Origin: Bacteroidales bacterium
GTDB lineage: Bacteria; Bacteroidota; Bacteroidia; Bacteroidales; VadinHA17
Direction: 5' to 3'
DNA length: 64,000 nucleotides
Assembly (NCBI GenBank): GCA_050013475.1
Contig: JBEKFE010000010.1
Span: 64,898-128,897 of the forward strand
The translations under genes and the position numbers were made by a program. The stretch's first letter is position 1, and each line of letters begins with the position of its first letter. Positions 8,743 to 17,679 of the stretch are shown here, in pieces. Below the pieces are notes generated by a model that was given only the letters and a program-made list of their open reading frames with translations, was not told the DNA's origin and searched no databases.

Positions 8743-11238
8743 TTAATGCGTACCATTCTGATTCAGAAAGCTATTATCATCCTCTTCCTTATTATTCTTG
8801 CTGAACTCTATTTTTCCGAATTTGTACGTAAAGCTGATCCCGAAAGATCTGAGAGGCATTTCACGGATCATTGTTGAATTGCTGTTTACAGTAGAGATCG
8901 TTGTCTCCTGTCTGACGTATTTGTTGAACGGGTTTGTAGCCGTAAAACCAAGGCTTGCATTCTTGTTCAGGAACATTTTCCTGAAAGCAAAGGTATAAAT
9001 GAAAAACTGGGGAACTTTACCCTGAACATTATTTGAAGGAGCGCTGTACATGCCAAACATTTCAATCATCAGATCTTTGGGCAGCTGCCAGGATGCATTC
9101 ATATTAAGCCTTGCCCTTAACCCTGTTGATATGTTTCCTGTAACGTCACTTACGACGTTCCGGTAGGTCATCATCAGGTTACCGCGAATGTTCAGCTTTG
9201 AGGTCACCGGCACTGATCCGGAAGCACTTATTCCGGTGTTGTACTCTGTTCCGATATTCAGGGGCGCTGTGACAGATACATTCATATAAAGAGAATCCCC
9301 GATAAGATATGTCGGATAGAATGTGGTCATCTGTTTTACATCCTGTGTATTGATCCGTTCTATTAATGAAACATAAATATTCCCGCCCTTTTTAAATGTA
9401 GTACTGTACCCAAGCTCAAAATTATGACCGATCTCAGGTTTCAGCAATGGATTCCCGGTTGTGATGTTGTATGGATCGCTCAGGTTTTCAAAAGGATTTA
9501 ATGCGCGGTAGTCGGGTCGTTCAATTCGCTTTCCGTAAGCAAGTTTCAGGGATGAGTTTTTATTAAAACTGTGTGATATGACTATGGATGGAACAAAGGT
9601 TCCGTACGACGGTATCGATGTATTGGGGAAATCGATTCCGACATCGGTATGTTCGTATCTTGCCCCGGCTTTTACATCCAGGAAATTGAATAGTTTGAAG
9701 CTAGCCGAAAGATATCCTGCATAAACCTGCATGTTGTACTTCATATTATAGGATTGCAGGCTATCAGGTGCAAACTGATCATTAAAGGGTGTATAGACAG
9801 AAGCATTATTGATACTGTTGATATTATGAAATACCCCCTTAACACCGGTTTCCAGCATGAAGTTCTTACTTATCGGCTGGGAATAATCCAGGGAAATATC
9901 ATTTTCATTATCCGTGCCGGGGTTTTTACTTGCTGATCCTGAGTAAGGTAATGGATCACCTGTGTAGGTCTGTGTCTGGGTAAATTCCGAGTTTGGTCTC
10001 CCGTTGCTGGCACTGTAAAGGATATCAAGCTCATGACCTTCCTTTTTGAATTTCTTTTTGTATTCCAGGTTATAGTCCACCGATTTAAATCTTGTCCAGC
10101 TGTCTGCGTTACGCAAGGTAAATGTATCCGATGAGGTGACGCCTGAAATGTCTTTCACTGATTCTTCCTGATCAGTCAGACCGGTTGTGCGGCTGTAGAA
10201 CTGGTTATATCCAACCGAACCGACAATATCATCATTCTTTGAAATGTTCCAGTCGAACCCGATACCCGACCTGAATCCGTTCCTTTCAAGATCACTCTTT
10301 CCTGTCTGGTTCAGCGTTGTAATATTTTCTCCGGTTGAGTCTGTGGAAACGCGGTTCTGGGCAAAGGGGACTTCCGATTTCAGCTGGGCATTCCCGCTGA
10401 AAAATGCATTCAAACCAAAATTATTATGCCTCACATTAATGTTTGCAGACCCATTCTCGAGCCTCGACCCTGCCGACAGGTTAATATTCGAGTTTATCCC
10501 CTCCATCTTGTTATCCTGTAGGATAATATTGATTATTCCACCAGTGCCCTGTGAATCATATTTTGCCCCTGGATTGGTTATGGCCTCAATGCTTTTGATC
10601 TGACTGGCTGGAATCGAAGCAAGGGCATCTGAGACGCTGTTGCCAAAAACGCTTGAAGGCTTTCCATTTATAAGAAAGCGGATATTTGAATTACCCTGAA
10701 GTTCGACATTCCCATCGATATCCACAGTGACCTGGGGGACCTTTTTCAGCACATCGATGGCCAATCCTCCCTGGGAAGTGATATCACTTGTGGCATTGTA
10801 AACAATTTTATCAATTTTGCTTTCAACTACAGGCTTGTCTGCCGTTACAACAACATTCTCAAGTGCATGTGTGGAGGGAGGCAGGAAAACTGAACCGAGT
10901 GAGACCGAACTGCTGGATTCAGTTATTTTTACATTCTCAATAGTATTCTTTTCATAACCCATAAAGTAGATCTCGATCCTGTAGCTCCCTGAAGGGATAT
11001 TCTGTATCCTGAAAATTCCTTTGGCGTCTGCAACTGTACCTGTAACCACCTTGCCCGTCAGCTGTTCTGTCACAGCAACAGTTGCATATTCAAGAGGCTG
11101 CTTTGTTGAATTGTCAAATACTTTTCCGGTAATAATGCCGGTTGACCTCTGCTGAGCGATCGAAACAGACCATACAGACAACTGAATTGATAAAAATATG
11201 ATGATAGATTTTATTATTCGATAACTGATGCCACGCAT
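8743..11238 (-). CDS. TonB-dependent outer membrane receptor (CarboxypepD_reg N-terminal domain)
   Basis: ORF 8743..11331. The likely start is MRGISYRIIKSIIIFLSIQLSVWSVSIAQQ at 11238. It has a CarboxypepD_reg-like segment (GKVFDNSTKQPLEYATVAV...GIFRIQNIPSGSY), a plug and a long barrel. Confidence 0.85.
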   Translation of the reverse strand: MRGISYRIIKSIIIFLSIQLSVWSVSIAQQRSTGIITGKVFDNSTKQPLEYATVAVTEQLTGKVVTGTVADAKGIFRIQNIPSGSYRIEIYFMGYEKNTIENVKITESSSSVSLGSVFLPPSTHALENVVVTADKPVVESKIDKIVYNATSDITSQGGLAIDVLKKVPQVTVDIDGNVELQGNSNIRFLINGKPSSVFGNSVSDALASIPASQIKSIEAITNPGAKYDSQGTGGIINIILQDNKMEGINSNINLSAGSRLENGSANINVRHNNFGLNAFFSGNAQLKSEVPFAQNRVSTDSTGENITTLNQTGKSDLERNGFRSGIGFDWNISKNDDIVGSVGYNQFYSRTTGLTDQEESVKDISGVTSSDTFTLRNADSWTRFKSVDYNLEYKKKFKKEGHELDILYSASNGRPNSEFTQTQTYTGDPLPYSGSASKNPGTDNENDISLDYSQPISKNFMLETGVKGVFHNINSINNASVYTPFNDQFAPDSLQSYNMKYNMQVYAGYLSASFKLFNFLDVKAGARYEHTDVGIDFPNTSIPSYGTFVPSIVISHSFNKNSSLKLAYGKRIERPDYRALNPFENLSDPYNITTGNPLLKPEIGHNFELGYSTTFKKGGNIYVSLIERINTQDVKQMTTFYPTYLIGDSLYMNVSVTAPLNIGTEYNTGISASGSVPVTSKLNIRGNLMMTYRNVVSDVTGNISTGLRARLNMNASWQLPKDLMIEMFGMYSAPSNNVQGKVPQFFIYTFAFRKMFLNKNASLGFTATNPFNKYVRQETTISTVNSNSTMIREMPLRSFGISFTYKFGKIEFSKNNKEEDDNSFLNQNGTH

Positions 11239-11397
11239 AAAAATTTGATGATAAGTTAGACCTTTGATCAAACCGGTGGCAAAATTCGGAAAAAAAAAGA
11301 GGCGAATTACCTCTTTATGTTTTTTTAACAAAACTTATTATCAATTGATTATCAGCAGCTCAACGCAGGGTTTGAAAAATGTAGAAGATATAATTCT

Positions 11398-11619
11398 CTA
11401 CTTTATTTCTGCTTTCTCAGCTTTTTTCTTGTTAATAAGGATATAAATGATTGGCAATATCCCTATTGTGTTAAAGATAAATATGCAAATAAACCAGGCC
11501 AGATGATCATTTCTTCCGGCTTTCCACATTGCGATTAGTTTCCAGACTGTGTCCCATATCCCAACGATAACGATAAGAGGGATAAGCCAGGGCAGCATTG
11601 AGTGAATTTCTTGTTCCAT
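11398..11619 (-). CDS. Small two-TM membrane protein (DUF5652 / PLD-N-terminal-like)
   Basis: 73 aa. The pattern WLIPLIVIVGIWDTVWKLIAMWKAGRNDHLAWFICIFIFNTIGILPIIYI resembles small conserved membrane proteins. The family name is tentative. Confidence 0.5.
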   Translation of the reverse strand: MEQEIHSMLPWLIPLIVIVGIWDTVWKLIAMWKAGRNDHLAWFICIFIFNTIGILPIIYILINKKKAEKAEIK

Positions 11620-11681
11620 CTGATTAAGATTTTATTTTGATGAGTGATCCTGAAAATTATTTCTGGTGTAGGGCAATTAAA

Positions 11682-12713
11682 CTATTTAACCGGCTCAATA
11701 ACAAGTACTGTGAATGTTCCGGGTTTCAATGTCGGACGTGGTCTGGGGTTATCGGTGGTTTTCTCAGGAGCGGGTCCGAATTCAGCAGTTGGTAAATAGA
11801 TCCTGTGTGTTTTTGAACTTACCGATATGGTCCTGGCTCCGGCCTGCGTCGGAATATTCGCAAGCACAATAAATGAACTCTTATTTTCTTCCTGAACTAC
11901 TGTAAGCACACCTTCTCCGCAGGAGCTATAGGCCCTTTTCAGACCCGGATCAAAGCCTGCACCATCAACCCGGCCCCCTGTAACCAGAGTTGTAACGACC
12001 TTGCCTGTTTCTGCATCCAGTACAACCATCAGCTTGTCTGTTGCACTGAACAGGCGATGGGTTTCATTATCAATTGCAAGCCCGCTTGGTTCTTCGCCAG
12101 GAGCAATTGACCAGGTCTGTTCAACTTTCCAGCTCTTTACATTAATCATGCAGACTTCACTCTTATCCTCAATATTCACAAACACCTTTCCATTACCGTC
12201 GCTTACTGCAGCCTCAGGTTTTCCTGCCAGAGGGATGGTCTGAATGACCTTATCAGTTTTAGCATCTATCACTGTGGCATTTGATGAACGGCCATTCCAG
12301 GTGATAATCGTTTTTGTGAACGGTTCATATAGAATTGCATCTGGATTCCTCCCTGTTACAGGCACTTTTTCGATTACGTGGTAATCTTTTAAACTGAATA
12401 CTGTTACGTTACTGTCTGGTCCGTTGCTGATGAACCCCTTGCTGAACTCTGCAGCGATAGCGATTCCGTGAACCCCGTTCACATCCGTAATTGTGGCTAC
12501 ATTCTTCCCGGAATTCATATCCACAACGTGAACCATTTTACCGTGAGAGACATACAGCATGCCGGTAGCATCATCGGCATTCAGATAATCCCAGAAACCG
12601 TCTCCTTCAAGATGGATCCTCTGAACGATCTTATAACCGTCAGGAACATTCTGTCCATTGAGGCCCAGAAGAGACAGGAAGATACCTGCAGTTACAAAAA
12701 TAGATTTTTTCAT
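11682..12713 (-). CDS. YncE/YVTN-type beta-propeller repeat protein, secreted
   Basis: ORF 11682..12797. The likely start is MKKSIFVTAGIFLSLLGLNGQ at 12713 (signal peptide). Repeated V-x-V-I/V-D...GK-V...I...G units are typical of YVTN/YncE propellers. Confidence 0.7.
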   Translation of the reverse strand: MKKSIFVTAGIFLSLLGLNGQNVPDGYKIVQRIHLEGDGFWDYLNADDATGMLYVSHGKMVHVVDMNSGKNVATITDVNGVHGIAIAAEFSKGFISNGPDSNVTVFSLKDYHVIEKVPVTGRNPDAILYEPFTKTIITWNGRSSNATVIDAKTDKVIQTIPLAGKPEAAVSDGNGKVFVNIEDKSEVCMINVKSWKVEQTWSIAPGEEPSGLAIDNETHRLFSATDKLMVVLDAETGKVVTTLVTGGRVDGAGFDPGLKRAYSSCGEGVLTVVQEENKSSFIVLANIPTQAGARTISVSSKTHRIYLPTAEFGPAPEKTTDNPRPRPTLKPGTFTVLVIEPVK

Positions 12714-13005
12714 TTTTTTGATTTTAATACGATATTTTATTTCACCCCCACCAGGTTCGAACATGTCGCCAGCCAAAATGGCCATTTCAGTGAACACATT
12801 TTGTTAATATAAACAAAGTTTACAGGCAAAGGTTATTTTCAGGTGTATTTTTTATACAGTTATTAAAATTTCCTAATTATTTAGTCTCCAAAGGAGTTAA
12901 TCGCGATCAATAGTTTGGTTAATTGAAGTTTATTTCTGAAATTTGATAATCAATGATCTTTGCATAAATATATCTGGTGGTAAAATCAATTTTTAATTTA
13001 CTGAA

Positions 13006-13404
13006 ATGAATATGGAAGAAGTTCATATTTTACCTACCGAGAAGACTCCTGACGTTCTTCTTAAGCCCGAGGGTATTGTTAAAATAAAAGGACGGGCAAT
13101 CGACGAAAATGTTACTAAATACCCGGAACAGATAATGAACTGGATCGATGATTACCTGGTCAGTCCCGTAGCATCAACTGAGGTCATTATTGCGCTTGAA
13201 TATCTGAATAGCTTTAATACAATTATTCTGACATCCATCCTCAGAAAGCTTGCACTGGTAAATCAGCAATCTAAAAAGCTTGTCATAAAATGGTACATTG
13301 AAAATGACGATGAAGATCTGCTAGACAGGGGTGAATCTATCTCATCAGCTTTCGATCTTCCCATTGAATTCATAATGACGGATAATATTAAAAGTCTCTA
13401 TTAA
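13006..13404 (+). CDS. DUF1987 (SiaC-like) domain protein
   Basis: 132 aa. The sequence TEKTPDVLLKPEGIVKIKGRAIDENVTKYPEQIMNWIDDYL...IIALEYLNSFNTIILTSILRKL...KWYIENDDEDLLDRGE matches the pattern I recall for DUF1987/SiaC partner-switch proteins. Confidence 0.7.
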   Translation: MNMEEVHILPTEKTPDVLLKPEGIVKIKGRAIDENVTKYPEQIMNWIDDYLVSPVASTEVIIALEYLNSFNTIILTSILRKLALVNQQSKKLVIKWYIENDDEDLLDRGESISSAFDLPIEFIMTDNIKSLY

Positions 13405-13436
13405 AGAATAAGATTTCTGCAGGCTTCGCATGATCC

Positions 13437-13682
13437 TTAGTTGTTTTCCGGATCTCCTCCCATTACCGGCTGTCTTTGCTTATTTTTTTTATTCTTTTGA
13501 AATCGATAGGCAAAATAACAGATCACGCCGAAAATCAGTGTAATGAGATTTGAGAATGCAAAAACTGTTAAACCAATCTGCCTGAGAACAGGACCTGAGT
13601 CCCCATTATATATTGAATACAATAAGTATATATTACCGGCAATTGAGATCAAAAAGATAATGCTGAATATAACTTTCCCCAT
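13437..13682 (-). CDS. Small hypothetical membrane protein
   Basis: 81 aa with two hydrophobic helices and a basic C-terminal tail (KNKKNKQRQ). No family recognised. Confidence 0.4.
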   Translation of the reverse strand: MGKVIFSIIFLISIAGNIYLLYSIYNGDSGPVLRQIGLTVFAFSNLITLIFGVICYFAYRFQKNKKNKQRQPVMGGDPENN

Positions 13683-13890
13683 CCTTCAAAGTTTTCTCAA
13701 ATTTAAAAGTTTTTCCGGTCTGCAGTTTTCTTCAGGAGGAATTTCATCTCAGGTATCTCCATCTTACCAATATGAAGATCTGTTAAAAATTCCTTATAAT
13801 TCAAACAAATCCGGAATTGGATTGTTGATCATTAAATAAACAAGCACGAATTTTAAATTCAAAACCATTATTTATTTTAAATCAATTCAA

Positions 13891-14415
13891 ATGAAAAAAT
13901 CAATCTTTCCGGCTATTGCCTTAATCATTATTTCGGTATCTGCATTCACATTTATCCAGTCACTTGACTGGAAGATCAGTGACACGTATTCTGTAAAATT
14001 TGATGGTGGAGATCCTGCAGGGGAATTTACCGGGCTTAAAGGCACAATTAAATTTGATGCGAACAGCCTCGCCGCATCCAAATTTGACTGCACTGTAGAT
14101 GTCGCATCTATAAATACAGGCAATGGCATGAGAAACACTCATGCCAAGAGCGATAAATGGCTCGATGCAGCCAAATATCCTGTTATTCGCTTTACTTCGG
14201 AGTCCATCAATAAAACCGCCTCTGGCTTTGAAGCGCTGGGGACTCTCGATTTTCACGGAGTGCAGAAAAAAATCACTTTGCCTTTTACCTTTGTGAATAA
14301 TGTTTTTGCAGGAGGTTTTGAGGTTAACCGTATGGATTATAATATCAATACAGCAGAACCAAACCACGGAGCTACGGTTTTAAAGGTCTCTCTTAACGTA
14401 CCAGTTACAAAATAA
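13891..14415 (+). CDS. YceI family (polyisoprenoid-binding-like) periplasmic protein
   Basis: 174 aa with a signal peptide. YceI pattern: SVKFDGG....GEFTGLKGTIKFDANS...CTVDVASINTGNGMRNTHAKSDKWLDAAKYPVIRFTS. Confidence 0.85.
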   Translation: MKKSIFPAIALIIISVSAFTFIQSLDWKISDTYSVKFDGGDPAGEFTGLKGTIKFDANSLAASKFDCTVDVASINTGNGMRNTHAKSDKWLDAAKYPVIRFTSESINKTASGFEALGTLDFHGVQKKITLPFTFVNNVFAGGFEVNRMDYNINTAEPNHGATVLKVSLNVPVTK

Positions 14416-14421
14416 ACGAAA

Positions 14422-14820
14422 ATGTTCAGGAAACATTTTTATCACGGCCTTTTATCCGGCATAATGGCTGCTCTGGCAGCCATTATTTATAGCCGGATCC
14501 ACTTTTTTGCCACTGAGGCAGACTTTTCGGGGCTCGTCAACCCTGGAACCATGATAAGTCTGAACCTGATCGTCTGTTTAATATTCAGTATTGGCTATTA
14601 TTTCTTTACCAGGATACTGAAGAGGAATAAAATAATTGTATTCCATCTTTTGATCTCAATTCTCTCGTTTGCAACCGTTATTATTCCAATATCAATTTCT
14701 CTCCCCTTATCAGTCAGGTATCCTGAACTTTTTCCCGGACTTACAGTTCCGATGGTTTTCTTCCCGGCTCTGGCCTGGTATACCCTGAAGCCACTCTTTA
14801 TCTCAGATGAAAATATTTGA
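14422..14820 (+). CDS. Hypothetical 4-TM membrane protein
   Basis: 132 aa and strongly hydrophobic. It starts 7 nt after the YceI stop, so it is probably co-transcribed. Confidence 0.5.
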   Translation: MFRKHFYHGLLSGIMAALAAIIYSRIHFFATEADFSGLVNPGTMISLNLIVCLIFSIGYYFFTRILKRNKIIVFHLLISILSFATVIIPISISLPLSVRYPELFPGLTVPMVFFPALAWYTLKPLFISDENI

Positions 14821-15146
14821 TATCGAAAGATTATTACAGGCTTAGTGCTTAAGAAGCTTATTATACCGGTCATTTACAATCGTTTATTGCGGGCAACCCA
14901 TGTCATAGGTATCGGCTTTTCTGAAAACAATGTTCAACTATATTAAGTCTAATCTTATGATAACATTAAAATATAATTATAACTTTGATGCCCGTTTTAT
15001 TGTGTCGATTGATGAATTTGAATATTCTTTTTTACAGTCTGAATAAACGGATCAGGCTGTATGGAAGAGTTAATAATGATATCATGTCAGGTTGGGCAAT
15101 AAGGCAAAAGAGGATATTGATAATGGAAATTTAAAATTAAATTATT

Positions 15147-15356
15147 ATGGATGCATTAAGTCCTATGCACATTTTACTGGTACTATTAGTACTGGTGCTA
15201 TTATTTGGAGGGAAAAAAATTCCTGAAATGATGAAGGGAATAGGTCAGGGTGTCCGCGAATTCAAGAAGGCATCAAGTTATGACTATGAGGAAGAAAAAA
15301 AGGAGGCTGAGGCAAAAGCCAAAGATCAGGAGATCAAGGTTTCAGAGAAAAAATGA
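15147..15356 (+). CDS. tatA: Twin-arginine translocase subunit TatA/E
   Basis: 69 aa. A TM helix is followed by an amphipathic helix, LLVLLVLVLLFGGKKIPEMMKGIGQGVREFKKA, then an acidic/lysine-rich tail. Confidence 0.85.
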   Translation: MDALSPMHILLVLLVLVLLFGGKKIPEMMKGIGQGVREFKKASSYDYEEEKKEAEAKAKDQEIKVSEKK

Positions 15357-15429
15357 TCTGACAGGATCTTTCCTCATAGAGTTTTTCATCAGCGTAAGCA
15401 GAAAAAGCTGTTGACCGGGAATTCTGACT

Positions 15430-16566
15430 TTAACAGTTGAGAAATGAACTTGCTGCAGTGAACAGACGCTCAAAACTGCTGTCGACCTTAATACTTAAAG
15501 ATGTGTCAAAGACGGGGAATGGATTTTCGTGGGAGTTTGGAAAAGGAAAATCAGTTATACGGATCCTGTCATCTGGCGCTGAAGTTTTGTAATTCAGGGT
15601 TTTAACAATACCACTGGCAGGAATAACGGTATCCCTTGCCAGTGCTACCGATCTGATCTGCTCCTTTAATGCTGCCAGCCTCGTCTCCCTGAATTTTCTG
15701 AACCTGGCAAAATCGATCATCGATCTGAAGGCCATCCCTATCCTGCTGGAGCATAGAAAGTTGAAGAACTGACTTTTGCCTCTTATCTCATTTTCAAAAT
15801 CCTCAAGGTAGAAATTATATACCTTATCATAGGCCAGGCTATCCATTATTAATTTTGAAGTTCCGCGCATATTGCTGAATACTGAACCGCCACAGAACAT
15901 GAAAAGCTTTGTCTCGTTAAAAAGGCCTTCAGGATTGCCCATAAGAATGATCTGTGCAAGAAAGGCTCCAATTGAATAGGCAAAAATATTCACTTTGCTG
16001 CCTCCGGGAACCAGATCATGCCTTCCATCCCTTATCAATGACATCAGTTTTACTATATCTTCAACAGTCTGGTAGCCTGAATTGAAGAAGCGCAAAGGGT
16101 CCTCGGTAAGCCTGTTGCTTAAAGCTATATTTGCCAGGCTCGACATATTAATTTCGCCAAAATTGTTTTTACGCTCTGATAAATATGGGAACATTGCCCT
16201 GGGATCCTTCCATAATTCAGGTGAACGGTTTATATGAAAGGAGATCGGGAATAGAATGACATAACTTCCGGTATTCTTTGCCAGGAAATATGCCCATACC
16301 AGGTATTTTACCCAGCTTCTCTCATTGAGTCCGTGAAGCAGCAGTATCACTTTTCGGCTGGCAGCATCAGCCGGCACAAAAACAGGGTAAGAGAAGGAGA
16401 TATTCTCAGGAACGGATATATCCTTTTTATTTAATAGGGAATCTGACACTGAATCGGAAAGGAATCTCATATTTATCATCCTTATTTCCGAATCAGGGAT
16501 ATTAATTTCCCTAATTCCGGGATCAAATATGTCTTTCAGCTCATTATATTTCCTGGTATAATCCAT
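15430..16566 (-). CDS. Alpha/beta hydrolase fold protein
   Basis: 378 aa. LLLHGLNERS (oxyanion-region-like) and a nucleophile elbow FAYSIGAF (G/A-x-S-x-G type) are present. The subfamily is unknown. Confidence 0.6.
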   Translation of the reverse strand: MDYTRKYNELKDIFDPGIREINIPDSEIRMINMRFLSDSVSDSLLNKKDISVPENISFSYPVFVPADAASRKVILLLHGLNERSWVKYLVWAYFLAKNTGSYVILFPISFHINRSPELWKDPRAMFPYLSERKNNFGEINMSSLANIALSNRLTEDPLRFFNSGYQTVEDIVKLMSLIRDGRHDLVPGGSKVNIFAYSIGAFLAQIILMGNPEGLFNETKLFMFCGGSVFSNMRGTSKLIMDSLAYDKVYNFYLEDFENEIRGKSQFFNFLCSSRIGMAFRSMIDFARFRKFRETRLAALKEQIRSVALARDTVIPASGIVKTLNYKTSAPDDRIRITDFPFPNSHENPFPVFDTSLSIKVDSSFERLFTAASSFLNC

Positions 16567-16753
16567 TGATCTTATCAGATATCCTGGTGTAAAGGAATAT
16601 CATGGGTCCCAGCCTATCAAATAATTGTGCCTGATGACCGGTTCCAGGGACATAAGTTGGAATAGTGTGACGGAATTTAAATATCAGGGATAAAATTCCA
16701 GTCCGGATTCCCGATTAAAATTTCAAATAGTTTACCTGAAGAGAGAAAAAAGC

Positions 16754-16761
16754 TAATTTTG
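16754..16761 (+). promoter_or_regulatory. Candidate Bacteroidota -7 promoter element (TAnnTTTG)
   Basis: TAATTTTG ends 19 nt upstream of the ATG of the LytTR gene. This is a motif match only. Confidence 0.3.
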
Positions 16762-16780
16762 GGTCAGGATTTAGATTTCA

Positions 16781-17647
16781 ATGCCCGACATTCAGAAACC
16801 GATACCGGATTACCTTGTCGAAAAGAGGAATATTATCAGGCTTATCCTGTTTACATCTCTCTTTGCACTTGTTTTCATTAATATATATGCCCCTTTTGGT
16901 GCCGATAGGTGGTTCAATATTACAAAGCTTGAATTCCTGACATATTCAAGCCTTGTTATCCTCACCGGTGTGATGGTTGTGGTAATAAGCAGGATCGTGA
17001 TGTATTTTGTCTGCCGGAAGCAGATGATCAATGTCTGGCAATACCTGATCTGGATAGGTTTCGAGATATTGCTGATGGCTTTATTTTATGCATTATTTGA
17101 AAAGCTCATTCTTAAGGATGTGCGCATCTTCTCCGAACTTGTAAAGATATCAGCCAGGAAGACTGCTTTGGTCCTGCTGCTTCCATATTCTGTCATGTGG
17201 CTCTATTTTTCGTGGCGTGACAAGAAAGAGCAGATCGAAAGGATGGCAGAAATGCAGGTCTTTTCAGACAATACAAGAGACATGATAGCTTTTTACGATG
17301 ACAAATCGGCACTTAAATTCTCGGTAAAGAAAGAGAATCTGCTCTACCTGGAATCGACTGAAAATTACATTACCATCTGTTATCTGAACAAGGATAAAGT
17401 GTCGAAATATCTTTTACGCGATACGATGAAGAAGATGGAAGAAAACTTTGCGGGAACAGAGATAATTCGCTGTCACAGGTCATATATGGTCAACTTCGAG
17501 AAAGTCAAGGTCATCAGAAAAGATAGGGAAGGGCTGAAGCTTGAATTTGATAATCAGGATGTAATTGATATTCCGGTATCGAAAACCTATGCAGAAAGTG
17601 TAATGCAGACATTCTCAAAATACAGCCATTTTACCGATGCCGGTTAG
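16781..17647 (+). CDS. Membrane-anchored LytTR-family DNA-binding protein
   Basis: 288 aa. N-terminal TM helices are followed by a C-terminal LytTR pattern: LLYLESTENYITICY...IIRCHRSYMVNFEKV. Confidence 0.8.
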   Translation: MPDIQKPIPDYLVEKRNIIRLILFTSLFALVFINIYAPFGADRWFNITKLEFLTYSSLVILTGVMVVVISRIVMYFVCRKQMINVWQYLIWIGFEILLMALFYALFEKLILKDVRIFSELVKISARKTALVLLLPYSVMWLYFSWRDKKEQIERMAEMQVFSDNTRDMIAFYDDKSALKFSVKKENLLYLESTENYITICYLNKDKVSKYLLRDTMKKMEENFAGTEIIRCHRSYMVNFEKVKVIRKDREGLKLEFDNQDVIDIPVSKTYAESVMQTFSKYSHFTDAG

Positions 17648-17679
17648 CGGGCGCTGGTTTTCAAACTAACCGGTGTCAC

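Noticed and set aside
13543-13839. 98-aa plus-strand ORF upstream of the YceI gene
   Set aside because: It overlaps the 13437..13682 minus-strand membrane ORF, has no recognisable features and runs through a likely promoter region.
14821-15146. 326-bp ORF-free gap upstream of tatA, examined for a tRNA, riboswitch or small RNA
   Set aside because: I found no cloverleaf-compatible sequence, no conserved riboswitch core I recognise and only weak hairpins. It is probably just promoter and leader sequence.
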